This document shows positions 49,166-61,950 of a DNA stretch of 64,000 bases, in pieces (the stretch's first letter is position 1; each line of letters begins with the position of its first letter). Made by a program: the position numbers and the translations under genes. The stretch covers positions 110,298,001 through 110,362,000 of the forward strand of contig NC_043002.1 in the NCBI RefSeq assembly GCF_006345805.1, read 5' to 3'. Below the pieces are notes generated by a model, which was not told where the DNA came from, ran no database searches, and was given only the letters and a program-made list of their open reading frames with translations. The stretch comes from Octopus sinensis (taxonomy: Eukaryota).

Positions 49166-49964
49166 ACACTCACGGAGTGGTTGGCGTTAGGAAGGGCATC
49201 CAGCCGTAGAAACACTGCCAGATCTGACTGGGCCTGATGAAGCCTTCCAGCTTCACAGACCCCAGTTGAACCGTCCAACCCATGCTAGCATGGAGAACGG
49301 ACGCTAAATGATGATGATGATGATGATGTAGACTTATCGTAGACGCGTGCTAATACCCAGAAGGGCTCAATATGAATCACGACTATAAGATACCCGGTTT
49401 TGGTTAAACTGCACCGCAAAATGTGGGAGTAGTTAGGAATCTAAATCGTAGGAGACAGACAGACAACCTCTCTTTTATATATAAAGATATTTAGCAGAAA
49501 GAAGTTTCTGTTTGCACACCTTTCCTCTCCAGAATATTTTTTGTCTTTTAGTCTTATATTTAACTCTAATCTACAGCCTATATTGGGTGGTACATTCTTC
49601 ACCTAGCATGTAAAATCATCAGTCAATCTCATTACTGAATGAAAATAAAGTTTATCATTTTTCATATCTGAGGTTAAAGGTATTTTTATATTTTTGTATA
49701 TATCTTGTTTTCTATATCCAAATTACAATTTACTGCAAGAATTTTGGTATAAGCAATATTGAAGATTTCCAAACAACGATTTGAGAATGAAAAGAAGCAA
49801 AACAGATATTGATAGGAATAAAACCATGCATAAATTCTGGCAACATATACACATGGCAATATGCTTACCTGGTAAGACATTCATCTATAAATGTATTCAA
49901 ACTGTAACATGTTCACCTAGTGACATATCCACTCAGTAAAATTTCTGCCTAGTAACATCTTCAC

Positions 49965-52900
49965 TTAGTAATATTTTCACCTGGAAACATGTTCACTTAG
50001 TAATATTTTCACCTGGAAACATGTTCACTTAGTAATATTTTCACCTGGAAACATGTTCACTTAGTAATATTTTCACCTGGAAACATGTTCACTTAGTAAT
50101 ATTTTCACCTGGAAACATGTTCACTTAGTAATATTTTCACCTGGAAACATGTTCACTTAGTAATATTTTCACCTGGAAATATGTTCACTTAGTAATATTT
50201 TCACCTGGTAACATGTTCACTTAGTAATATTTCACCTGGAAACATGTTCACTAGTAATATTTTCACCTGGAAACATGTTCACTTAGTAATATTTTCACCT
50301 GGTAACATGTTCACTTAGTAATATTTTCACCTGGAAACATGTTCACTTAGTAATATTTCACCTGGAAACATGTTCACTTAGTAATATTTTCACCTGGAAA
50401 CATGTTCACCTAGTAATATTTTCACCTGGAAACATGTTCACTTAGTAATATTTTCACCTGGTAACATGTTCACTTAGTAATATTTTCACCTGGAAACATG
50501 TTCACTTAGTAATATTTTCACCTGGAAACATGTTCACTTAGTAATATTTTCACCTGGAAACATGTTCACCTAGTAATATTTTCACCTGGAAACATGTTCA
50601 CTTAGTAATATTTTCACCTGGTAACATGATCACTTAGTAATATTTTCACCTGGAAACATGTTCACTTAGTAATTTTTCACCTGGAAACATGTTCACTTAG
50701 TAATATTTTCACCTGGAAACATGTTCACTTAGTAATATTTTCACCTGGTAACATGTTCACTTAGTAATATTTTCACCTGGTAACATGTTCACTTAGTAAT
50801 ATTTTCACCTGGAAACATGTTCACTTAGTAATATTTTCACCTGGAAACATGTTCACTTAGTAATATTTTCACCTGGTAACATGTTCACTTAGTAATATTT
50901 TCACCTGGAAACATGTTCACTTAGTAATATTTTCACCTGGAAACATGTTCACCTAGTAATATTTTCACCTGGAAACATGTTCACTTAGTAATATTTTCAC
51001 CTGGAAACATGTTCACTTAGTAATATTTTCACCTGGAAACATGTTCACTTAGTAATATTTTCACCTGGAACATGTTCACTTAGTAATATTTTCACCTGGA
51101 AACATGTTCACTTAGTAATATTTTCACCTGGAAACATGTTCACCTAGTAATATTTCACCTGGAAACATGTTCACTTAGTAATATTTTCACCTGGTAACAT
51201 GTTCACTTAGTAATATTTTCACCTGAAACATGTTCACTTAGTAATATTTTCACCTGGAAACATGTTCACTTAGTAATATTTTCGCCTGGAAACATGTTCA
51301 CTAGTAATATTTTCACCTGGAAACATGTTCACTTAGTAATATTTTCACCTGGTAACATGTTCACTTAGTAATATTTTCACCTGGAAACATGTTCACTTAG
51401 TAATATTTTCACCTGGAAACATGTTCACTTAGTAATATTTTCACCTGGAAACATGTTCACTTAGTAATATTTTCACCTGGAAATATGTTCACTTAGTAAT
51501 ATTTTCACCTGGTAACATGTTCACTTAGTAATATTTTCACCTGGAAACATGTTCACTTAGTAATATTTTCACCTGGAAACATGTTCACTTAGTAATATTT
51601 TCACCTGGTAACATGTTCACTTAGTAATATTTTCACCTGGAAACATGTTCACTTAGTAATATTTTCACCTGGAAACATGTTCACTTAGTAATATTTTCAC
51701 CTGGAAACATGTTCACCTAGTAATATTTTCACCTGGAAACATGTTCACTTAGTAATATTTTCACCTGGTAACATGTTCACTTAGTAATATTTTCACCTGG
51801 AAACATGTTCACTTAGTAATATTTTCACCTGGAAACATGTTCACTTAGTAATATTTTCACCTGGAAACATGTTCACCTAGTAATATTTTCACCTGGAAAC
51901 ATGTTCACTTAGTAATATTTTCACCTGGTAACATTTTCACTTAGTAATATTTTCACCTGGAAACATGTTCACTTAGTAATATTTTCACCTGGAAACATGT
52001 TCACTTAGTAATATTTTCACCTGGAAACATGTTCACTTAGTAATATTTTCACCTGGTAACATGTTCACTTAGTAATATTTTCACCTGGTAACATGTTCAC
52101 TTAGTAATATTTCACCTGGAAACATGTTCACTTAGTAATATTTTCACCTGGAAACATGTTCACTTAGTAATATTTTCACCTGGTAACATGTTCACTTAGT
52201 AATATTTTCACCTGGAAACATGTTCACTTAGTAATATTTTCACCTGGAAACATGTTCACCTAGTAATATTTTCACTCACCTGGAAACATGTTCACTTAGT
52301 AATATTTTCACCTGGAAACATGTTCACTTAGTAATATTTTCACCTGGAAACATGTTCACTTAGTAATATTTTCACCTGGTAACATGTTCACTTAGTAATA
52401 TTTTCACCTGGAAACATGTTCACTTAGTAATATTTTCACCTGGAAACATGTTCACCTAGTAATATTTTCACCTGGAAACATGTTCACTTAGTAATATTTT
52501 CACCTGGTAACATGTTCACTTAGTAATATTTTCACCTGGAAACATGTTCACTTAGTAATATTTTCACCTGGAAACATGTTCACTTAGTAATATTTTCACC
52601 TGGAAACATGTTCACTTAGTAATATTTCACCTGGAAACATGTTCACCTAGTAATATTTTCACCTGGAAACATGTTCACTTAGTAATATTTTCACCTGGAA
52701 ACATGTTCACTTAGTAATATTTTCACCTGGAAACATGTTCACTTAGTAATATTTTCACCTGGAAACATGTTCACCTAGTAATATTTTCACCTGGAAACAT
52801 GTTCACTTAGTAATATTTTCACCTGGAAACATGTTCACCTAGTAATATTTTCACCTGGAAACATGTTCACTTAGTAATATTTTCACCTGGAAACATGTTC

Positions 52901-55521
52901 ACTTAGTAATATTTTCACCTGGAAACATGTTCACTTAGTAATATTTTCACCTGGTAACATGTTCACTTAGTAATATTTTCACCTGGTAACATGTTCACTT
53001 AGTAATATTTTCACCTGGAAACATGTTCACTTAGTAATATTTTCACCTGGAAACATGTTCACTTAGTAATATTTTCACCTGGTAACATGTTCACTTAGTA
53101 ATATTTTCACCTGGAAACATGTTCACTTAGTAATATTTTCACCTGGAAACATGTTCACTTAGTAATATTTTCACCTGGTAACATGTTCACTTAGTAATAT
53201 TTTCACCTGGAAACATGTTCACTTAGTAATATTTTCACCTGGAAACATGTTCACTTAGTAATATTTTCACCTGGTAACATGTTCACTTAGTAATATTTTC
53301 ACCTGGAAACATGTTCACTTAGTAATATTTTCACCTGGAAACATGTTCACTTAGTAATATTTTCACCTGGAAACATGTTCACTTAGTAATATTTTCACCT
53401 GGTAACATGTTCACTTAGTAATATTTTCACCTGGTAACATGTTCACTTAGTAATATTTTCACCTGGAAACATGTTCACTTAGTAATATTTTCACCTGGAA
53501 ACATGTTCACTTAGTAATATTTTCACCTGGAAACATGTTCTCCTAGTAATATTTTCACCTGGAAACATGTTCACTTAGTAATATTTTCACCTGGTAACAT
53601 GTTCACTTAGTAATATTTTCACCTGGAAACATGTTCACTTAGTAATATTTTCACCTGGAAACATGTTCACTTAGTAATATTTTCACCTGGAAACATGTTC
53701 ACTTAGTAATATTTTCACCTGGAAACATGATCACCTAGTAATATTTTCACCTGGAAACATGTTCACTTAGTAATATTTTCACCTGGTAACATGTTCACTT
53801 AGTAATATTTTCACCTGGAAACATGTTCACTTAGTAATATTTTCACCTGGAAACATGTTCACTTAGTAATATTTTCACCTGGTAACATGTTCACTTAGTA
53901 ATATTTTCACCTTGAAACATGTTCACTTAGTAATATTTTCACCTGGAAACATGTTCACTTAGTAATATTTTCACCTGGTAACATGTTCACTTAGTAATAT
54001 TTTCACCTGGAAACATGTTCACTTAGTAATATTTTCACCTGGAAACATGTTCACTTAGTAATATTTTCACCTGGTAACATGTTCACTTAGTAATATTTTC
54101 ACCTGGAAACATGTTCACTTAGTAATATTTTCACCTGGTAACATGTTCACTTAGTAATATTTTCACCTGGTAACATGTTCACTTAGTAATATTTTCACCT
54201 GGAAACATGTTCACTTAGTAATATTTTCACCTGGAAACATGTTCACTTAGTAATATTTTCACCTGGAAACATGTTCACTTAGTAATATTTTCACCTGGAA
54301 ACATGTTCACTTAGTAATATTTTCACCTGGTAACATGTTCACTTAGTAATATTTTCACCTGTAACATGTTCACTTAGTAATATTTTCACCTGGAAACATG
54401 TTCACTTAGTAATATTTTCACCTGGAAACATGTTCACTTAGTAATATTTCACCTGGAAACATGTTCACTTAGTAATATTTTCACCTGGAAACATGTTCAC
54501 TTAGTAATATTTTCACCTGGTAACATGTTCACTTAGTAATATTTTCACCTGGTAACATGTTCACTTAGTAATATTTTCACCTGGAAACATGTTCACTTAG
54601 TAATATTTTCACCTGGAAACATGTTCACTTAGTAATATTTTCACCTGGAAACATGTTCTCCTAGTAATATTTTCACCTGGAAACATGTTCACTTAGTAAT
54701 ATTTTCACCTGGTAACATGTTCACTTAGTAATATTTTCACCTGGAAACATGTTCACTTAGTAATATTTTCACCTGGAAACATGTTCACTTAGTAATATTT
54801 TCACCTGGAAACATGTTCACTTAGTAATTTTCACCTGGAAACATGATCACCTAGTAATATTTTCACCTGGAAACATGTTCACTTAGTAATATTTTCACCT
54901 GGTAACATGTTCACTTAGTAATATTTTCACCTGGAAACATGTTCACTTAGTAATATTTTCACCTGGAAACATGTTCACTTAGTAATATTTTCACCTGGTA
55001 ACATGTTCACTTAGTAATATTTTCACCTTGAAACATGTTCACTTAGTAATATTTTCACCTGGAAACATGTTCACTTAGTAATATTTTCACCTGGTAACAT
55101 GTTCACTTAGTAATATTTTCACCTGGAAACATGTTCACTTAGTAATATTTTCACCTGGAAACATGTTCACTTAGTAATATTTTCACCTGGTAACATGTTC
55201 ACTTAGTAATATTTCACCTGGAAACATGTTCACTTAGTAATATTTTCACCTGGAAACATGTTCACTTAGTAATATTTTCACCTGGAAACATGTTCACCTA
55301 GTAATATTTTCACCTGGAAACATGTTCACTTAGTAATATTTTCACCTGGAAACATGTTCACCTAGTAATATTTTCACCTGGTAACATGTTCACTTAGTAA
55401 TATTTTTACCTGGAAACATGTTCACCTAGTAATATTTTCACCTGGAAACATGTTCACTTAGTAATATTTTCACCTGGTAACATGTTCACTTAGTAATATT
55501 TTCACCTGGAAACATGTTCAC
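49965..55521. repeat. 32-bp satellite, about 174 units (CTGGAAACATGTTCAC-TTAGTAATATTTTCAC)
   Basis: Period 32, made of two related 16-mers; degenerate 16-mer flanks at about 49855-49964 and 55522-55700. Confidence 0.97.
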
Positions 55522-56116
55522 CTGCTAACATCTTTACCAAGTAACATACTGTATAATATTGTATAATATAGTCACATGGTAATATGTTCACTTGGCAATA
55601 TGTTCATCTTGTAATATGCTTATTTGGCAACATGTTCACTTGGCAACATACTCATCTGGCAAACACATTCATTGAACAGTATATCTACCTGATAGCTTGT
55701 TTATCAGTTAAGCAAGTGAAAAAGAAAATCTATTTGAATTCAGGTTGTGAATTTGTATTTTTCCCATCACTACCTAGTATTTACAGGTATCTAACACCTG
55801 TATCGTTTTATACACACACACACACACACACACACACTCACTTGTCAGCTGTAACAATACAAAATGCTCAACAGTACAGCCCTCATTAACAAAGCTGTTA
55901 GTTTGCTATGACTGAAAAGGTGCTTTCTTTTAAGCATTTCTGGTACAAGTGTGTTCTGGTGACATTAAAGCCTTCAGAACATATGTTCAGGATAGTTGAC
56001 AGGAACATGTAATATAAATGAACAGCACATATTGGGTGGAGACACTGTGGTGAAAACTAAAGGGAAGAAAACCAAAGATTGTGTAGAAGGGAATGAATAA
56101 GTCTGGTCTGAAAATA

Positions 56117-56516
56117 CAGAGTCAGGCAAAATGATCTGACACATTTGTTGGCGTTCACGAAAGTTGTCAATAACTCGACGGGTCATTTCATGTGGATTTT
56201 TTTCTCTGGGGATACCTCAAGTCAAAGGTATACATTAATCGCCCTCGATCTATTGAACAACTTAAAGATGCAATCCGTCAAAAAATTACTGCCATTCCAC
56301 ATGAAATGACCCGCCGAGTTATTGACAACTTTCGTGAACGCCTTCGACAGTGTGTGGACAATAATGGATCCCATTTGACTGATTTAATTTTTAAAACATA
56401 ATGAAACAAAATGGCATTATATGTACTTTTCAAAAATAAAAACACTTTTTTGTTTCTTTACTTCATTTGCCTTTTATTTAACCTACAAATGTGTCAGATC
56501 ATTTTGCCTGACCCTG
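56117..56516 (+). mobile_element. 400-bp Tc1/mariner-superfamily deletion derivative
   Basis: TA|32-bp TIRs (one mismatch)|TA; retains DFFLWGYLKSKVY..CVDNNGSHL C-terminal coding sequence. Confidence 0.9.
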
Positions 56517-57218
56517 TATTAGCAACTCTGAGGTGATGACATAGGATGACCATGAGGAGTAGTGATACATCATACTACAGAGCTGCCCAGCCTAAGCAAG
56601 CTTGGCAAAATGCACAATAAACTGACAATGATAATGTCTGATAATGACTTTTCTTACAGAAGAAAGTTAAAGATTTCTAAATTATTTATGGAAAAGGAAT
56701 GAGATTGTTTGATGTTAGTGCTTTTCTGTAGGATATCATCATAAAGGAAGTGAAATAGCTACAACCAGGAACCTAAATTAGAACTTGAATAGGTTATTGA
56801 AACTAAAGGGATAAAAGGTCAAACTGACCTATGTTTTGCCTCACAAAACACACAGCATGAGACTACATGGTTTAAGTTGTGTGAAGAAATCAAATCAATA
56901 TTCACTTTGCTGAAAGCAATTTCATCATTCTTGTTGATTTCAAAGAGACCAAAGGAAATGTTTCAAATATGCTGTGAAAAAAATATTCCGGAAAGAAACA
57001 CCATTTGGTATCAACATTGCAGCAACCAACACAGTATTGGACTCGATGATACAAGTTCAAATATAAAGATTCTGATTGATGAGGGTAACAAAACAGACAC
57101 AGTATAGCAATGATAGCGGTGACAGGTGTGGCAGGGGTAGTGAATGTGTTTGGACCAGGAAAGCTTGAGCTAGTAATTCTATCAGAAATTCCTGTTGATA
57201 TCTGTCTGTCTCTCTGTA

Positions 57219-57252
<34 letters not shown>

Positions 57253-57253
<1 letters not shown>

Positions 57254-57875
57254 TACTCTTTTACTCTTTTACTTGTTTCAGTCATGTGACTGTGGCCATG
57301 CTGGAGCACCGCCTTTAGTCAATCAAATTGACCCCAGGACTTATTCTTTGTAGGCCCAGTACTTATTTTATCGGTCTCTTTTTTGCCGAACCGCTAAGTT
57401 ACGGGGACGTAAACATACCAGCATTGGTTGTCAAGCGATGTTGGGAGGACAAACACAGACACACAAACACACACATATACATATATATACATATATACGA
57501 CGGGCTTCTTTCAGTTTCTGTCTACCAAATCCACTCACAAGGCTTTGGTCGGCCCAAGGCTATAGTAGAAGACACTTACCCAAGGTGCCACACAGTGGGA
57601 CTGAACCCGGAACCATGTGGTTCGTAAGCAAGCTACTTACCACACAGCCACTCCTATTCTTTTCTTTTATTTGTTTCAGTTATTTGACTGTGGCCATGCT
57701 GGAGCACCAACTTTAGTCGAAGAAGTTGACCCCGGGACTTATTCTTTGTAAGCCCAGTACTTATTCTATCGGTCTCTTTTGCTGAACCGCTAAGTGACGG
57801 GGACACGCAGTGGGACTGAACCCGGAACCATGTGGTTGGTAAACAAGCTACTTACCACACAGCCACTCCTGCGCC
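57253..57875 (-). mobile_element. Head-to-tail pair of SINE family C; the second copy is internally deleted
   Basis: Copy 1 at 57253-57656; copy 2 at 57657-57875 joins GACGGGGAC to ACGCAGTGGGAC. Confidence 0.85.
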
Positions 57876-58234
57876 TGTATATATATATGTATATATATTT
57901 TACATTTTATTTATTTATTTTTTAAATTGTTAATTTGCAAATATTGTACTAATGTTTTTTTCGTGCAGAACTACATTTCATTAAAAAATTCCCTCCAAAA
58001 TTGAATGTTTGGAAGGGGAGACAGTATATTTTGTATTCCAAATATAACTGAAAGAGGGAAAAAAGAAAGAAAAAGGGAAAGAGAGAAAGAAAGCAAAGTG
58101 ACTTTCTGTGATGGCCAAACCCAGCACCTGGTTTTTTTTTTTTTTGAAGTGGTCACCATCCTTTAACCCATTCCAATACAATAGTAAAGGACTAAATAAA
58201 TAAATAAATAACTGAATGGTGAATAGGAAGGGGG

Positions 58235-58239
58235 ATACC

Positions 58240-58282
<43 letters not shown>

Positions 58283-58299
58283 ACTATCTGTCTGACTCC

Positions 58300-58347
<48 letters not shown>

Positions 58348-58630
58348 TAGCCTATCTACCTATTTATATTTCTATCTATCCATTGTCATGGAACCTCACC
58401 TAAGAAAACAAAAACAATGTTCTCTTCTAAAGAAAACTCCCCAAAACCATCTGTTTTATATAAATGAACAAGCTGTTTGTGCATTCACAAAATTTTATTT
58501 CACAAGTTCAAGAAGCACTAATAATGATGTAGAAATAAAAAGATTTTTTCCCAAAATTCTGATGACTTTTTTTCTCAATATTCAATTTCTGTACATCACA
58601 CCTAACACTCTATACACATATATACATGTG

Positions 58631-58674
<44 letters not shown>

Positions 58675-58708
58675 CGTGCATGCATGTATGCATGCGTGTG
58701 TGTGTGTG

Positions 58709-58748
<40 letters not shown>

Positions 58749-58763
58749 TGTGTGTGTGTCTGT
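58235..58763. repeat. (CT)n, (CTAT)n and (GT)n microsatellites
   Basis: 58235-58345 and 58625-58763, read directly. Confidence 0.9.
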
Positions 58764-58811
58764 GATAATTTAGAACAAACAGTAAAAATTTGTCATTATA
58801 GTTTCAAATAT

Positions 58812-59197
58812 ATATGGTTGTGTGGTAAGAAGCTTGCTTTCGAACTACTTGGTTCTGGGTTCAGTCTCACTGCATGGCATCTTGGACAAGTAGTTTCTAT
58901 TGTAGCCTCTGACCGACCAAAACCTTGTGAATGGATTTGATGGATGGAAATTGAAAGAATCCCATATTGGATATATAAATGTGTGTGTATCTTTGTGTTT
59001 GTGTTTGTCCCCCACAACTGGTATTGGTGTGTTTTTTGCCCCAATAACTTAGCAGTTTGGCAAAAGAGACCGATAGAATAAATATTAGGTTTTAAAAAAT
59101 AAATTAATCCTAGTGTCAATTTGTTTAACCAAAACAGCCTTCGAGGTGGTACCCCAGCATGGCCACAGTCAAATTACTGAAACAACTAAAAGATAAA
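58812..59197 (+). mobile_element. Old, diverged SINE family C-related copy
   Basis: Same architecture with many substitutions. Confidence 0.75.
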
Positions 59198-59661
59198 AGA
59201 TATATTGTCAGAAATGAAGGAACCTCTACATAGTTACTCAACCACCTATAAATAGAGTTGCATCTTAGAATGTTTTCTTTGGAGCATAAGTTTGGTGAGT
59301 GTGGTATAGAAGACGAGATGTGTTGCCTATGAAGCAGCCCTGCCTCTCCACAATATTGGTATGGTCCAAAAGAAGTGTAAGGGATTGCAGAAGTAGCTAG
59401 AACAACACTGTAAACATTCCAGTTCTATCTTAGAGACTCTAGTTCTGAGCTGGATGTCGAAGTTTATCCCCTAAACCTTCCCCGGTAATCAAAATCACAA
59501 TTCAGAGTTGATACTAAGGTGAATTAAAACAACTGGATGTTCCTGAACTGAGCCTGAACATAAGAACAGCTTTTCCCAGTCCCATAGGAGGAACTGAACT
59601 TTTGAAACTAATGAAATACCAGTCACTTTCAATATGGTCCTAATTACAACAATGAGGTGTT

Positions 59662-59972
59662 CATCATCATCATCATCGTCATTTAGCGTCCACTTTCCAT
59701 GCTAGCATGGGTTGGACGGTTCAACTGGGGTCTGTGAAGCCAGGAGGCTGCATCAGGCCCAGTCTGATCTGGCAGTGTTTCTACGGCTGGATGCCCTTCC
59801 TAACGCCAACCACTCCGTGAGTGTAGTGGGTGCTTTTTACGTGCCACCCACACAGGAGCCAGATGGAGCTGGCAAACAGCCACGAATGGATGGTGCTTTT
59901 TACGTGCCACCGGTACGGGGGCCAGGTGAGGCTGGCAACTGCCATGAACGGATGGTGCTTTTTACGTGCCAT
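59662..59972 (-). mobile_element. RTE 3'UTR fragment
   Basis: (CAT)n followed by the reverse complement of the terminal segment and three repeat cores. Confidence 0.85.
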
Positions 59973-61599
59973 TATTGTTTAATCCTTCATTAAGAGACCT
60001 ATGATCAAAAGCTATGTCCATCCTGTCTTTTTGCATATTGGGGACTACATTCCCTGACATGTCCCTCCTTATTCAAAATGCTAGAGTAGTTTGGTTGCTA
60101 TTTCAAGCAGGCTGAGCAACTGTGTACTTCATTGGTTTATCCTAAGTAACTTGTTTCTGCTGTTTGGATTCAACCTTTGAAATTGATTTCAAATTTTTGC
60201 ACAAAGTTGGCAATTTTGGGGGAGGGGGTAAGTTGATTACATTAACCCCAGTACTCAACTGATACTTATTTTGTTGACCTCAAAAGGATGAAAGGCAAAG
60301 TCTACCTTGGCAGAATTTGAATTCAGAAAAGTCACATATTTTTGCATTGAAAATATAGGACACAAACTGTTAATATCTCTGCTGCTTACCCTGACTTTTG
60401 TTTAGAAAGGGGTCCTTAACTCTTTATTTTTTCTAATTCTTTGAGACTGGTGGAGGGCAGGAATAAAGTTTTCCTAAAAATAGAGGCCTGGTCCAAATTC
60501 TTTTAGTCTGAGGAACTCCACTAGAAGCATCCAAGGACCAGGCAGTGGTTTTAAGCCACTCAAGAACATGGAATACAGAGTTGGAACAAATTTCACAAGG
60601 CAACTCTTCTGACACTTCATCATTATGTTAATCCATTGTCCTGGACAGGAACTTTATTTTATCAACCCCAAAAGGGATGAAATGTAAAGCTGTGGTAAAA
60701 CAAATATCACAAGGAATTTTGTGTTATATTCTAAAATCTCAGCAAATTTTCTACTTTGATCAGTTTTTCTTTTTCTACTACCAACACAGGTGGATGAGGT
60801 AAATGATCAGTTAATATTGTTTAACCCTAGGTCAATCTTCATTAAGTGAGTCTATTATCAAAGGCATTCCAATCATGACTATGTCATACTTTATTTTTTT
60901 CCACATACATATCAAAAGTTACAGGGTCTGCTACCAGGTCAAGTTTGTTTTTCATCTTTCCAGGGTCAATGCCAATCAAATAAAGTGACAGTCAAATGTT
61001 ACCTGTATACTATAAGTTACCTATATACTAATAGTCTAGAATTTTAAATAGTTTGATTCATAGTTTGGCATCCTAACTAGGTAGCAGTTAACACTCTGGT
61101 ATACTAATTTGCTAGTAACTAACAGTTTGGAGTGCTGACTATTTATCAAATAATAGTTTGGTATCCTAACTAGTTTGTAACTAATAGTCTTGTATTCTAA
61201 CAAGTTAGTAAATAATAACCTTGTAGCTTAACTATTTAGTAATTAGCAATTAATGGTCTTGTATGCTAACTAGTTAGTAACTAATATAATTAGTTACTAA
61301 CTTATTCTCTAGTATACTAACTAGTTAATTATTAATAGATTAGTAACTTAATTTGGGCTTGACTTATATTTGGTTGGAGAGTCATGTCTTATTTGCACAT
61401 TCCAATTTTTGGCATGGTTTCTAATATGCTCTGTTCTCTTACAGAACATATTGGACGCATTTTATTGTGGTACCAACACTAATGAGTTAGCCCATCTCTT
61501 GCAAGACTAAAGAGTTTTCACTGCACCATGTTGTCTTTATTCATTCAAAGTCATGTGTCTGAAGGGGGTGCATAAATGAGTGGACAATGATAGAAGTGG

Positions 61600-61950
61600 A
61601 ACAAGGAACATATGGTAAAAAAAAAGTGAGAGTATGATGGGAGAAGCAGAGTTATTGAAGATAGTGGAAGAAGAGCCAGTGCTGAGAGGGTTAATGGAAA
61701 AAAGACAACAGGCAGAAAGTTTAATGGGAGAGAGTTGATGGTAGTTACGTGTTTAGTGGTAAGAGAATGGATGAGTGATGTGATGGAGAGTCGCAGAGAT
61801 AGGTAATGGTGTAAGACTGATGAATGGTAATTGTAGCCAAGCAATCGCTAGCAGTGTGGAGAGGTAATGGTTGGGTGAATCTGATATGAAAAAATCTGAT
61901 GGAATCCCTCACTTTACAGGCATTGTGATAGGAAGGTTAGAAAAGAGTGG
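61600..61950 (-). mobile_element. Possible CR1/L2-group LINE 3' relic
   Basis: Weak C-terminal resemblance (TINSLPLNFLP..); strongly decayed. Confidence 0.3.

Larger units (their letters stand above)
46383..49328 (+). mobile_element. 5'-truncated, near-intact RTE LINE with long tandem-repeat 3'UTR and (GAT)n tail
   Basis: A single frame from about 46383 to 48409 with one in-frame TGA (46751-46753); the 3'UTR follows directly. Confidence 0.93.
46141..49489 (+). mobile_element. Helentron/HINE-like non-autonomous element (46141-46381 and 49329-49489) split by the RTE
   Basis: Begins ACTAGCAGTATCGCCTGGCGTTGCTCGGG and ends GACAGACAGAC..CTTTTATATATAAAGAT. The internal repeat AAATCG|TAGACT is split at the RTE junctions. 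Confidence 0.55.

Noticed and set aside
49965-55521. CRISPR array
   Set aside because: Contiguous 32-bp units with no unique spacers, no cas genes, and a eukaryotic context.
3658-59993. Recurrent ORFs such as MLGGQTDTQ.., MSSNARGTN.., MDGLTG.. and MSENT..
   Set aside because: Chance frames in SINE A, SINE C and the RTE 3'UTR copies.
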